A DNA stretch of 58,638 nucleotides, the filler included, from Sphacelaria rigidula (Eukaryota): assembly GCA_964200075.2 (NCBI GenBank). It is 9 parts of 9 records of this genome, joined end to end, with 100 filler letters (N's around TTAATTAATTAA, not from the genome) between each part and the next. Parts side by side here need not be neighbours in the genome. Positions count along the whole stretch, not along the records: positions 6,528 to 12,954 come from CAXNAA020020137.1; positions 13,055 to 19,481 come from CAXNAA020020138.1; positions 19,582 to 26,008 come from CAXNAA020020139.1; 6 more parts are not named here. One strand, 5' to 3'. The translations under genes were made by a program, and so were the position numbers. Positions 12,532-25,409 of this stretch are shown in pieces. Positions within the stretch are counted from its first letter, which is position 1, and every line of letters starts with the position of its first letter. The notes below the pieces were generated by a model. It saw only the letters and a program-made list of their open reading frames with translations, was not told the DNA's origin and did not search any database.

Positions 12532-13959
12532 TAGAAGAAAAAATACATTGTGTATTTTTCCTTCCTTTCATCTTAGGATGTATGTGCTGTTGTTCTGCGT
12601 TTTCAAGCGTATAGTAGCTACGTGCACTACACACGCGAGCGACCCGGAGATCACGAGGAGTTTAGCAGTATAACTACTCATCATCAGATGAACCCCTTTA
12701 TTTAGCGCGGAGAACGGTGACCGGATGTTGAATCGGCATAACTTTCACTTGTGGAATGAATGACTGCATGGTCCAGATTTTCCATTTGTCGGCGGTGAAA
12801 GGGTTGCCCTTTGACTGCCCGGGTGGGTCATCTGATCTGTTCTTCTATCGGTATCAATTTCACTGGTAAAATGATAGGAACAAATGTTTTCGTGAGATTG
12901 AGAGTAGAGGATACGATTGAGAGTGAAAGGCGGTCAAGTAGTGAATGAATTGTTNNNNNNNNNNNNNNNNNNNNNNNNNNNNNNNNNNNNNNNNNNNNTT
13001 AATTAATTAANNNNNNNNNNNNNNNNNNNNNNNNNNNNNNNNNNNNNNNNNNNNGCCACAGCGCCTCTTCCTCACGCAAGTCTCACCACGTGTTTGAAGT
13101 CCTTAGACTCCTCTTCCTGACCGTACCTGGCCAAGCGTGGAACAAGAAACTCTCGCTGGCCCTACCAGGCAGTAATTTCGCCGCTCTTTTGGAACGTGCA
13201 CAGGCTCGCCAGCTGTCCGTCAACCCCCCGCACCTCTCGCACGAGCGATACCACAGCCCACCCCAGCACTGCCTAAGAACCTCCTCGGCTCTACTTCTTC
13301 AATTCCTCGCGACGTTAACACGCCTAGAGCTGGTCTTGTTTGCTGCAAACAGATCAGGCCTGCAGACTTCCCTATCTTGAAGTGTCAGCTGCTTTTCAGC
13401 GGATCTACCGCTAGTCAGCGGACTTAATGAACGTTCATTGTAGACTTCTGTCACTCAAGATCAGATTTCCATGTGTACTCCTCCCATCACGGGCACATGG
13501 ACTTCAGCAGCTTTAGTTTTTCATATATTAGCCCTCAGCATAGTACAGGAGAACAGGACCATAGCCTCTCCCCAACAGAGTGGCAAAATCGGCTCTGCTC
13601 GTCATGGAGGTCACCATCATAGAGTCCAGCAATCAGACCCGCAACTCCACCTACAATGTCCCTGGCCTCAGGTAACAACGGTGGCTATGTCTACAGATCA
13701 CACAATCCAGTGTTGTACCAGGGACAGGCGTGTCAGAAGACCCACATCGGCTTGGGCACCTGTGAAAAGCTGAAGGGTTCAGCTGGACCTGTCGTGAGCA
13801 CGAAGGCCACTCCAGAACATCATGTGATGTTAAGTGGTACATGTGTACCGTTCCAGCGTGGCACGTAACGTTTCGCCCACGAGCCATGTCACTGCCCCAC
13901 TGGGGAATCCAGCAGCAGAGAGAGACAAGGAGATAGCTTTCCTAAGAGCACGGAACGGT

Positions 13960-14255
13960 GAAATGGATAGGAGTTCGACGGGGGAAGGAGAAGCACTAGC
14001 TGAAAACTAGGAACACCAACAATTGACGAGAGGTTCGACGCGAAATTCGAGAAAGAAATCAACGCGTGGGCAGAGGCAAATGTAGAGGCATCCAAACGGG
14101 AAGATAGTGACTCAACGTAATGTCAGAGAGAGTTCATAATTGAGGGAGTAAAGGAGTATGTAGCTCAACTTGAGAATAGAAAGATCGGAGGGGCAAACAA
14201 AACAGTAAACGACTTCCTGAAGTACCAGGAAGAGGGAATGATTACCATGATGTTA
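13960..14255 (+). mobile_element. LINE ORF2 fragment (pre-RT region)
   Basis: FDAKFEKEINAWAEANVEASKRED...; homologous at the DNA level to the minus-strand copy at ~27770-27985. Confidence 0.7.
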
Positions 14256-15030
14256 CACTATATATGTTGGAAATATTGGCTCGTGGTGTTTGGTACTGTC
14301 CTCGAAACAGACGGACCACTGTCACGTGGACGCAGTAGTATGGCAGAAGTTGCACAGTGGTAGTAAAACCACTTGCTTCTACAGCGGATAGAAAGTCAAA
14401 AAACAAATGGTGCTTAGGGCCCTTCACGCGGCCGAAAAAAGTCAAGCAGCCTCTTTCACAAGCAGAGGGCTGAGGAAACGAAGGAGAGCTGGGAAACCTT
14501 GGGAGAGCGATTGCAAGGGCCGTAGAGAGCACCGATTCCAAGCACACTCAATTCTGGAACAAAAAGCAAAGACATGTAAACGTACGTAGGATCAAATCGT
14601 ATAATCCAGTTCAATCTCGCTACTGCTGACGCGGTAGCCTTGCTAGTTCTTCCGCTCGGATCAACTGCAAACTTGCACACAAGATATCTTACAGCTTACC
14701 TGACCTTGATATTCTGCCAAAGTATCTTTCATTGACAAATCATGGCGACACGCCTACTCCGGCATTATCCTACTTGAAACCTCATTCAAACAAGTAGACT
14801 AAAAATCAACAAAAAAAGGTACTCTCCGTGAAAGATACGAGCGAAATGATACTACATGGTTCGTAGTTGCGCTGGACCGGAAAATATTGTACCGCTGTCT
14901 GTTGTTGCAACGACTTCATTCAAACACAATGGATATAGACTGTTGTAATAATGCGTGAGAGGACCGCGTGCTTAGAGGACCGCATCGTAATTTGAATATC
15001 CCTATGGTTAGGGTTAGGGTTAAGGTTAGG

Positions 15031-16113
15031 TGCTCGACGGATTCCTCGCCGAGATGGATCCGGATCGTTCCCAAGGGAACTGGCCCGCAATTACTCTCTG
15101 ATTTGGAAAGGCGTCTCATAGGTTACTTTGACAAAAGTGATCAAGCCAGCGTCATCCAGAGGCTGAGCTCTTTTGTTGTCGCATCTCATGTCCCCTTCGC
15201 GGATTATCTTCGCGAATTTAAGCTTTCGGTTTCGGGTACGACGGGTGTCGGACGTCAGAATGGACCGAGCGATGCAATTTGTCAGACTTACGTTCGCAAT
15301 AGCGTTGCTCAACAGTATCCGGCTCTGATGCCGTCGTTGTTTCCGGGTGTCTTGGCGTATCGCGAGGTGCCTTACACCTCCGTTGATACTATGTGGTCCC
15401 ACTTTGTACACCAGGAGAGTAATCTCACACCTGCCATACGTGGCAAACTTTCAACGTCTGTGCGTTCACAACCTACAACTGTGTCCTCGGCCCATGCCCA
15501 AGGGGCTCGCGCCAGGAATTCGAGCTCGTCTCGCGCTGTATGGACCCCCGACTTAGTCGCCGGTTCAGTTATGCATGTTCGGAGTACCAGAGATGCATTT
15601 AATGCGAGTTTTGACGGCTGGCCGTTTTCCGAGGAAACTTGGGATGATGTTTATCTTACTTCAACCACGGCATTCATAACCTGTGACCCCCATTTGTGGA
15701 ACCCACTTATTTCATCTTCCGCTAGACGCAATGCCTTCAGCAGTCATGCCAAGAGTTGCATCAACTGTGGTGTTCAAGGCCACAGCATGCGCGACTGTGA
15801 CAGTCCATGCATCAATGCCTTTGATCTCATGAACCCTGAATTGCAGGACAATGAACCCGCGTGGCGCCGATGGCAAAAACGCATGCGTGATTATCGTCCA
15901 CCAACTCGAAATTACCGCAGCAATTTGAACCAACGTGGCAACAAAAACTCTGATCGCGGTCGCCGACACACCAACAATCACGGAAACCCTCGCCAGAACG
16001 ATCAAAATTCTCGCGAAACAAACATTCCGCTGATGGACACCAGCGGACGGGACCGACACAAAGCTCTAATCCCAACACCAGAAACCCTGGTACCTTCACT
16101 ACGGATCACTTAG
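15031..16113 (+). CDS. gag: Gypsy gag (5'-truncated) with CX2CX4HX4C zinc knuckle
   Basis: Within ORF 14968..16113; CINCGVQGHSMRDC followed by an N/R-rich tail. Confidence 0.8.
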   Translation, partial: CSTDSSPRWIRIVPKGTGPQLLSDLERRLIGYFDKSDQASVIQRLSSFVVASHVPFADYLREFKLSVSGTTGVGRQNGPSDAICQTYVRNSVAQQYPALMPSLFPGVLAYREVPYTSVDTMWSHFVHQESNLTPAIRGKLSTSVRSQPTTVSSAHAQGARARNSSSSRAVWTPDLVAGSVMHVRSTRDAFNASFDGWPFSEETWDDVYLTSTTAFITCDPHLWNPLISSSARRNAFSSHAKSCINCGVQGHSMRDCDSPCINAFDLMNPELQDNEPAWRRWQKRMRDYRPPTRNYRSNLNQRGNKNSDRGRRHTNNHGNPRQNDQNSRETNIPLMDTSGRDRHKALIPTPETLVPSLRIT

Positions 16114-17264
16114 ATCCATGACGTGCCGACGCCGGCGTTCTTCGGTCTTCCACGCCGTCGATAGCACGAGCGAAGACTTTTTTTCAACACAGCCCGCGGA
16201 GTCCGTGTCAAAAATTGCTGACTCGACTGCCCCGGCACTATCCAGGAGGGTAACTGACGGCCGTTCATATCGACCCCCGCCTCGAACCTCCACACAATTT
16301 TCAACACAGCCCACAGAGCCCGCGACCAAGATTGTCCGCGCGGCTCTCCCGGCACTATGCAGGAGTGCATCGGACGGCCGTTCAAACCGACCCGCGTCTT
16401 CATCCCTCCACACGCCGCGTAACAGTTGTGTCACCCCGCGACTCAGATCTACACCCGGCACTAAACTTGGTCCTTCAGTACCGAGTATAAGTCTGAGGTG
16501 TGGGAAGACCAACCGCCAGTCCCTGAGGCAAAGGCTTCCTTCAGCGTCCGCACGCACTGGTAGCAGCAAGCCCTTTTCAGCTGACCCAAGCGTTGCTGAT
16601 TTGAACCTGACCACATCGGATCATGTGATTCCCAATCAGTTCGATCGGGCTCCTTCCCGGCGCTTTTTAAAACGCACGGACCTTCCTTCGGCCGGTTTTA
16701 CTAACAACCGCCCCAACATATCTTCGGCTATGCCCCAACAGCCAAACTTGCCTACGGAAAGCAGCCCACAAGTTTCGCTCCGTCATGCCCCGATGCTGAC
16801 CCCATCCACACAACTAGACGCAGTTGTGGTATCATCCCCAAATGTTTTGGAAGTTCCCCGACCTTTGTCACGGCGAAAGAGAAAGACCCGTAAAACATGC
16901 TCCCAAGGACGCGCGCGCATCACTATGTACACCTTTTTCGAGGGGAAATCCTCGACCTCAATCTCTCCAAAATGCAACGAATTTGAGCTCGACGGCTCTA
17001 TCAAGTGTCCCGGAAGAAGCAAAATCACATGATTCTGACGGCACTACTTCTTGAATCGACGACTCCAGCCCTGCACATCCTGGATCCCCCTTTGACGGTG
17101 ATCCCTGTCAACCAAAGACGATAATTTACGAAATCGCCCATGACCGTGCCACCCCTAGAAATAGTATACCGTCCAATCCCTTCTCTGGTGAGACATCTGA
17201 CCTACCGGCGGATCATCCGCCGTGCGTTTTTGCTATCAGCCCCGCTGATCCTGACCAGTATACC

Positions 17265-19481
17265 TTGCCGGAACACGGTCCGGATCTTGTCGGCGGCAAA
17301 GTGTCTGTCGATCCGGCCACTTTTACTACTCGCGTTGCGATCCATGCCGGTCCAAACGCTATCACGCCTACGAAATGCGTATCCTTGTTGGACAGCGGCA
17401 GCCCGCAAACGTTTATTCGAGAATCAACATGGAAACACATGAAACACACTGGCGCTGCTACTGCAGCTTGCGAAACCACCACCAAGCCTCGAGTGTGGGG
17501 CGGTTTCGGTGACTCGGCCGCGCCACTGACGACCCGTAAATCCGTACGTCTCAGTGTGCAATTCTTTCACAACACCACTCGATCTGCCAGCCTGGCAGTC
17601 TAGGCATACGTTGTCCCCGATAGCACCATGCATCACGCCATATTATTGGACAGAGATAGCTGTATGCGGTTTAATAAACGCACCTACCGCACGCTTCCAC
17701 CATTAACGCCACATTCCCCGCCGCGTGGAGAATTCAACCTCGAACACTTCGGTACTCTCCATGGCGCCCTGGCTTATCAGAAGAATCCTCAAGCAACCGG
17801 AGCTGCGTACCACCTACGATATAACTGTAGTGTGGGTATAACACTCTTCGACGGCCCGCAACTTCTTGAAGTTGCACTAGTTCGCCGGAATGGCATGCCA
17901 GCACTTACGGGCCATTATCTTGCCGAAATGTTACCCCGTATTGGCGCACCAGCCGACACAGAATATTTTGTCTCGGCGGGACAACAACTCCTCCCTCTCA
18001 CGGGAGATGCTAACTTGGAACCCGGCGATGTTGTAGGAATCGCCGCTGCTCCCCTGATGCACATCCCCCTCGAGACGTGCGTCACAGAGCCTGCCGCACC
18101 AACTACTATATCCCCGGCGGAGTCAGTACATTGTGTCGATGAACCTTATTTCGATCTCGCCTCTGCTACTCCACCCCAGGTTCACACCGTGGATCCTGCC
18201 CAATCAAATTCCGATCCTCCTGCTGAAGTGCTTCAACGCTCATCACCAGATTCTCGGAATAGCTTCTTGCACAAGTGGGACCAACTATCGCCACACATGG
18301 GCGACATCAATTTTGACCTTCATGGGCCCGGCTGGGAACCGGCAGTCATCCAAGAACTCAGTGATGTCCTGCTACAGTACCAAGACAGATTTTCCCGATC
18401 CAAGACGGATCTTGGGCATTGCAAAACACTGCCCTTTGAAGTTACCCTCCAACCCGGTGTCTCGCCGATTTCTTCTCGGCCATACCGTCCCAACCCAATC
18501 CTTACCAAGAAAGTTGACGCCATCTTGGATGCGTATTTGGGAGCGGGACTTATACAACATTCCTCCTCTCCTTGGGCCTCGACACTTGTAGTCGTCCCCA
18601 AAAAGGATGGAAACATACGCATCACCGTGAGTTATCAACGGTTGAACCGCGTCACTGTCGTCGGTAAAGTTCCGATTCCCCGCATTGATGAAGTCTTCGA
18701 CTCCTTAGGCGAAGGCAAAATATTTAGCACCTTCGACCTCGCTTCTGGATTTTTCCAGAATGCTATACACCCTGACACAGTCCCGCTGACGGCTTTTTGC
18801 ACCTCGTCCGGACTCTATGAGTGGCTTCGCATGCCACAACGCGCCGCCACTGCCCCGGGATGCGTTCAACGCTTAATGCAACGCGTCACCGAGGGCCTCG
18901 AGCACATCATCATGTACTTGGATGACGCTATCGCTTTCGATGCCTCACCTATTGCACACATACGCACCCTACGAGAATTTCTCTCTCGCCTACGTACGCA
19001 CGATTTGAAACTGTCTCCATCCAAAGCTCGCCTTGGTGCGACTGACTTGGATTTCTTGGGGCATTCCATTTCGCCAGCAGGCCTGCATCAGGATACAAAC
19101 AAAGTCAAGGCGATGACTGATTTGCCGATGCCAACTGACATTTCTCAACTTCGCTCATTGTTGGGTGGGCTATCCTACTACCGCAAATTTTTGACGAATT
19201 TATCGAAACGGATTCGCCCTCTTACTGAGCTACTCAAGAAAGGAGCCGTGTTTTCTTTCACCATAGAAATGGAGACTATCACCCGCGAATTACTCAAGAC
19301 GCTTAAAGCCCATACTTTGCTTTCCTGATTGGGAGGCAGTACAAGATGGCTCCCGCCTTTTCCAACTCCACACTGACGCCAGCACAAATGGATTTGGAGG
19401 AGTTTTGAATCAACCTCAGCTTGATGGCTCTGTCCGACCCATCCTTTATATCAGCCGCGCTACCCTGCCCAACGAGGCCAA
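17265..19481 (+). pseudogene. pol: Gypsy pol pseudogene (aspartic protease, reverse transcriptase, RNase H start)
   Basis: ORFs 17265..17603 and 17628..19328 share a frame and are separated by one TAG (probably from TGG). RNase H continues in another frame (ILAFPDWEAVQDGSRLFQLHTDASTNGFGGVL). Confidence 0.9.
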
Positions 19482-19731
19482 NNNNNNNNNNNNNNNNNNN
19501 NNNNNNNNNNNNNNNNNNNNNNNNNTTAATTAATTAANNNNNNNNNNNNNNNNNNNNNNNNNNNNNNNNNNNNNNNNNNNNAAAATCGGACATCACCGGC
19601 GGCTGCGGCCCCGCCCTGGGCGTCGTGGTGGGTCGGGGGGGGGGGGGGGGGGGGGGGGGTGGGGGGGGGGGGGGGGGGGGGGGGGGCTATCCCGACATCA
19701 TTGATAAACTTCTAGAAAAAAAACCTGACAT

Positions 19732-19815
19732 ACCTGCCGGGAATCGAACCGGCGTTTTTTTGATCTGATGGCGACGTCGTACATGTTGTACCATTAGACC
19801 GTTAGACAGACCGCC
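19732..19815 (-). mobile_element. tRNA-derived SINE head or tRNA pseudogene
   Basis: Minus strand has A-box-like CGGTCTAATGG and a canonical B-box GGTTCGATTCCC about 35 nt later. No convincing cloverleaf or acceptor stem. Confidence 0.5.
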
Positions 19816-21085
19816 GGCGCCCGGCGGCAGCGCAGGCGAAAAAATCCACCAACACTCAAAAGTCGTCCCTTACAACACAAACATTACGAATTCAATCGGG
19901 TCAGTTGACAAGACTTCTATCGAACATAAACATAAACATAACATATAGCAATATAATCGACATTTGCGGGGTAGGCACGCAGCAGCACACTATTTTCATG
20001 TTGTAGCATCCGATTTAAACCCATTACCAACACTTCAGCCTGTCAAAAACGTGTCTCCGTGACGAAATACGGGCATCTCTGCAACGAAATACGAGCAGCT
20101 GTCAGGACAATGTATTGTGTACCTTCGTGGTTTTCCGCGACTTGAGGGTACCATTATCAGCGAGTATCACCCATGCGAATATTACCGGAGGCACACATTT
20201 CGCTACCCTCCCAAGAGGTCACCAGTGACGGGGTGATCTTTCTTTAAGAACCATCACCACATGTACGTGTTTCTATAAGTCCAAATTTGGCGCGTGCGAG
20301 GGGGGAAGGGGGGTGGTGCTCAAAATCCAAGAAATTAGGCTGCAAGACGCGGTCAGACGTCAGAAGATGCAGCCGGCTCACATCTAGAACGTACTTTTCC
20401 GGAGTCGGAGCAAGGGTTTACAGTAGTGGCCGGTCTAACTAACCATTTTGTGGCTTTGGTGATTTTTTCGTATTTGACGATTTTCTTGAGTTCTTTTCGC
20501 TTGCCACTGGTAATCACATTGGACATCTGAAGATATTTGTTTCCGCTCCACGTTCCAAAAAAAAAGTCACACGTGCTCAATATTGAGTTGACTCACGGAC
20601 TGACCGGTCATCGGGGGTCCTGCCACCTTTCAGCCCAGATTCTCACACTTCAGTATTTTCGGTCGATCGAGCCTGTCCCGGTGTTTGTGTACGTTGGGAC
20701 ACTCCTGCACCTAGTGAACGGCTTGCAGAGGCCTTCCGACTGCGTCAAGAGTGGATGCCCGAAAACATGTATCGTTCCTCCCATGAGATAAAAAATTAGG
20801 GGGGGGGGGCGCGGGGGGGAAAGCTAGACTGAAAGATTCCTACCCACTTCCAATCGAAGACATAGTCACGTCTACTGTTCTTGCTGCTGCTGCTACTACT
20901 ACTACCACCACTTCTGCCAGAGCATCAAAGGTGCCGACGCAAAAAAGAAAACAAAAACAACTCAAACCAGGGAACGGGAAAGACGTACAAGCCACAAAAC
21001 AGGCGTATTTTGACACCCAACGCGCCCACCCACCCCCTCACTCACTACACATCGTTCCTGCCGACAGCACGACCCAACTTCTTAC

Positions 21086-21702
21086 CATCAACGCCCGAAG
21101 CGCTACCCTCCGTTGTCCGCTGCCCATCCTCCGCAACCGCCATCCCTACTGCTAATCCCTTGAGTGGAGAGCCAGAACGGTCGCCCTCAGTGTCTATAGC
21201 TTCAGCGATCGTCTCGTTCGTCCGCGCGCCTGCTTTGTCGTTGTTGACGGCGGATAGATCTCTCGGTGAGGTGAGAGGCTTTTGGTCCATGGTGCAGGGC
21301 GGTGAAAAGCTTTCGGTATTGTCGTCGTCGTCGTCGTCGTTGTTCTTGTTCGCTGTTGCATCTGTTGGTCGGGGGGGGGAGAGCGGCGGCGGAGGCGGCA
21401 GTAGCATGACGGCGGAGACTGACCGTTGTTGTTGTTGTTGCTTCTGATGCTGCTGTTGCCGCTGCTCCGCTAGTGTTTGGACTATGGCTGCTGGCGCTGA
21501 TGTGGCTGACAAAGATGGCGTCACCGCTTCAGTACCAGTAGTCTTGCGAGTCAACACTCTTGTCGAATTTTTTTCTTCATTCGCAGGGCTTCCTGCTTCC
21601 CTGCCGCCATGCTTGTTCCTGTCTTCGCCCTTGTCGCCCTCGCCGTCGCTATCGTTGTTGGCGGCGCTGTGGCTGTTGTTTTCGTTCTCTCTCCTCCTTC
21701 TT

Positions 21703-21779
<77 letters not shown>

Positions 21780-21784
21780 CTTAC

Positions 21785-21817
<33 letters not shown>

Positions 21818-24800
21818 CGTTGTCGTTGCTGCCGTTCTTAAAACTGCTGCCATTGCTTCTCTCGCCCTTACTTTCAAGCCGTTGCTTGTTCTCCCGAAAG
21901 ACCGTCGTCCAGTCGTAGATGTTGTCGTGAACGAACCGCAGCCGGTCAAACAAGTCTGTGAATATTCTCTGGGCGACGACGAACCCCCCCCGAAAAAAGT
22001 TGAAAAAAGTGATCAAAATTAATATTCACGAAGCAGTCAATGTTTTGGATTTCAAAGATAACTGTAGTATCCGCGGTTCTGGTCACAAAAAAAAAAAGAA
22101 GTCGACTTCATTACGCAGGTCACTTCTCGCAGTAATATGAATCGGAAAATGACCATAGGATGGCAGGTAAAATGTTGAAACATGGCGAATCACAATCGTC
22201 ATATCTAGCGATTTCGGCGGAGGGAAGCAAGGAAAGGATGGCAACATCACACAGCACTAGTGCTCGAGGAGTCTCGTACTACATTACGAGCTATGTGCGG
22301 AGGTAGCATATGCTTGCCAGAGCACAAGCATGACTTACTGTCACACATATGGTACAGAGCCAATGGAAGACCCGTAGATATCATACGCAACGGTTAGGGA
22401 TGCTAACCGGGCTCCAAAACACGCCCGGGCTGTGCGATGACACCATTCCAACCAGAGACAACTCATCCATTTTTTTCTTTTTTCTTTCCTAGGATACTTC
22501 GCCCGAGTGCACTTGAGTTCACAGTCTACCCTTGTCACGGGTGAGTCACGAGTTCAGGCGACGCCCTCCCTGTCCACACGCTACAGACTCCCTGCACACC
22601 ATTCACAACCAACCTAAAGCTGTGGCCTTGTGCTGGTGCTTTGGACACGTACCCTCTAAACCTGAAAAAAAAAAAAAACTTCTTCCGGCGACGTTCCCGG
22701 GAAAAGCCCCTGCTTCATGATGCATACGGGTCTGAAGCACCCGGCGCAATCAGCGCTCGAATCGCACAGGTAGCCGTCGAGAACCGGGCGGGGAAAGTCT
22801 ATCTCTCGATGGAGTGTCCCCAGCAACGCGCCGTTCCCAATAAGTGCAAATGAAAAACAAGCACAGAGAGAAGGGGCTGGGGGGGAAACGTCTTGGAGGA
22901 GAGGTCTGAAGCGGAGGGACTTTGTTTCGTTCCGTGCGCATTTCCAAATGTAATTGATGCCCTCCGATATATTCTGCTGAGAGAAGCGCCGCCGTTTGTG
23001 TACCTAGCTGCACAGGCAACCCCAAGGTAAAAAGTATGGCTCGGACTGAAACAACAGAACCATGGTGACTGAATTATGTTCTTCCCTCGGTCCGTCATGT
23101 TGATATATCGGTACCTCCATGTGCGCCGTACCGTCACTACAGTCTCCGTCCGCTGCGACTTGAGCTTATACCTCGGGAATACACCGAACAAGTATGACTC
23201 ACCCCAGGATCGATAATATGTTGTATCGGAATACTTTTCACTTGAAAATAACGCAAAACCTACAAGACCCACCCTCGCGGTCGAAGGGTGCAACATCAGA
23301 GCCGCTTGTAGGAAGAGGTGGCCCTCTCCACAGATTTCGACTTGAACAATGAATTCCAGACGCAGATAGCGCACCCTGGTGATCAAGAGTCACTTTTTAC
23401 AGCTGGCAGGAGGAAGAGGTGACGCCCTCCGAAGGAATCATTCGACACATGGTGATACCCATGTACGATGGTAAGGAGTGCAGCGGGGGGCACAGAGAAG
23501 GTAACACTGTGCTAGTACTACGCTGCACTGCACTGCAATGTAGTATGCTGTACGGTGTAATTGGGCTTTGTCTATCTACAGAGATAACACCCACCCTCGG
23601 GGTGGGTCATTTGTGTTGCATGTACATGACATTTCATGACAAATGCACGACCTAGATGGCTCTCCGGGGTGGTCGAAGGCGTAATTTTGCAACTGGCAGC
23701 AGAAAGAAGTAACGCTCTCGAACGGTTTGGTGAAATCTGATCCTTGGGGATACCCATGGACAAGGGGAACGAACGCAGCGGGGGGGCAGGGAGGAGGCAA
23801 CACCGTACCGTACTGAAGAGCATTGTACTTTGGCGCTGTGCGTTGTTGTTCGGCATTGTCTCGACCTATACAGTCACACCCAGGGTGGGTCATCTGTGTT
23901 GCATTGCCACAGTATTGCCGTGAAGATGACTGACGAACAGACACTTCGGCCGACGTAGTGCAGCAGGGAGGTGTGTATGTGTCATGGATGCAGAAGGCCT
24001 CCTGCGTTTCGTTTCGGGACGATCGGAAGGATTATTTGCATCTCATCGACGTGCGCGATTTTTTCTTCAGGAAGATCCGGGACACTTTTGTGAGAAAATA
24101 TCCCTTATGCTTTGGGTCCGATTAGCATCCCTAACGGTGGTGAGCCATTCCTGCATCCGACCATACACAATAACGTTGACCTCATGCCACTAACCCGTAC
24201 ATATGAGGAGGTGCACAACCCCTGTTATCAGAAGTACACCGCACGGTACAGTACAGTACCCAAATTTGTTTTTTCCCAGAAATACCCCGTACGCTACTAC
24301 TATACATACGGTGCTGCGTTTTCCTAGCAGTTTTCCATACAGGGGATAATCGCGTTGATCATAAAATGGGGCTACACGCGTGGCGCGACGATGTAGAACG
24401 AATGCGGTGCTGTCGGTGACGTACAACCCTGCACAACAGCGTACACTAAGATGGACACAAGGACAACCGTACAGTCACTTATTTTTTCTCTTTTGGGGGG
24501 GGGAGGGAGAAGGGAGAAGAAGCAACCGTCAACATTTTCTGTTTCGGGGTATTTTTCACTACTTTTCCAAAACTTTCGTCTTTTCAAAAGTCACAAACAC
24601 AACTTATCGCATGCAGGATCCAACGATTTACAAGCTTGTCGCACAAGTCACACTACACCATGGCTTCATCAACGTCCTCCGCCGCGAGACTGTCATTTCG
24701 ATCACGACCCTGGTTGTTCGTTCCGACATACCATACAATCCTACCTACCTACCACCCTTATCCTGTGAACAGGAAAGCAACACATCTCTAGGTGCAAGTA

Positions 24801-25409
24801 CTAATGCTGCAGAGAATGACCATCACACGTACACGTATGCCAACACCAAAATATGTCATGCTCCGCCGAAACCTACCCTCGTCTTCAAAACCACCCTGAA
24901 GCCCCCCCTAGTGCAGCAAATCATCCTTCAAAAGGGCATGCCGCTATCCTAGCTTAGACGGTGCGTACCAACCTCCCAACTCCTCCTCACCCGCTCCCAC
25001 TTTCGAAGCGAACCACATTTCAAGCGTACCTTCATGAACTTGTAGTCCGGCGTATCTTCGAAGCGCAGATCTCGAACGTACTCGAAGAACGCAAGGAACT
25101 CCGCTGAAACACACAACACACACACATTTAGTTAGCGAAGGTAGCAAACGTGCGCGGAGAGCAAAAGTCAGCAGTACAAGCATAGCAGTCTGCGATCAGT
25201 CTGTAGCTCATCGTGTACGGATTACGAGTAGCACTTGAAACCACTCAGCGTTAGCTTGCCACCATCTCTCACCCGGGTGTCCTCTGCAGAGTTCCTGCGA
25301 AGGCGTGGTGGTTTTACACACTTCGATCATGCGGCATTTTTGCTTCTTGGTGTGGGCCTTGAGTCCCTGCCACGGCAAGCTCCCGCGCAGGAAGTACAGC
25401 AGCACGTAA
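21086..25409 (-). CDS. CK1: Casein kinase 1-like protein kinase, 3' exons (25409-25273, 25103-25030, 21968-~21086)
   Basis: Phase-consistent exons: (G)YVLLYFLRGSLPWQGLKAHTKKQKCRMIEVCKTTTPSQELCRGHP-AEFLAFFEYVRDLRFEDTPDYKFMK-RIFTDLFDRLRFVHDNIYDW. LPWQGLKA, LRF-x-x-x-PDY and the YDW end match CK1 subdomains IX-XI. A long N/S/Q/D-rich tail follows. Confidence 0.9.
21705..21830. repeat. Coding (CTG)n/(TTG)n trinucleotide repeats (poly-Ser, poly-Asn in the CK1 tail)
   Basis: Directly visible runs of ctg and ttg. Confidence 0.9.
23440..23905 (+). repeat. Diverged direct duplication (~165-bp units at ~23455 and ~23748)
   Basis: Both units run GATACCCATG...GCAGCGGGGGG...GGGTGGGTCAT(T/C)TGTGTTGCAT. 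Confidence 0.65.

Larger units (their letters stand above)
15031..19481 (+). mobile_element. Ty3/Gypsy LTR retrotransposon internal region (gag-PR-RT-RH), degenerate, cut by contig end
   Basis: Gag with CCHC knuckle CINCGVQGHSMRDC; protease LLDSGSPQTF; RT (SSSPWASTLVVVPKKDG, DLASGFFQ, YLDD, FLGH); RNase H FQLHTDAS...RPILYISR. PR-RT-RH order is Gypsy. In-frame TAG at 17601 and a frameshift near 19310. Confidence 0.95.

Noticed and set aside
14265..14792. Possible solo LTR (TGTTGGAAA...TTCAAACA)
   Set aside because: No matching TSD, no second copy and no clear PBS; cannot be supported.
21484..22022. Poly-Leu, poly-Cys and poly-Val ORFs on the plus strand (also poly-Cys at 3174-3662)
   Set aside because: Antisense shadows of trinucleotide repeats in minus-strand exons.
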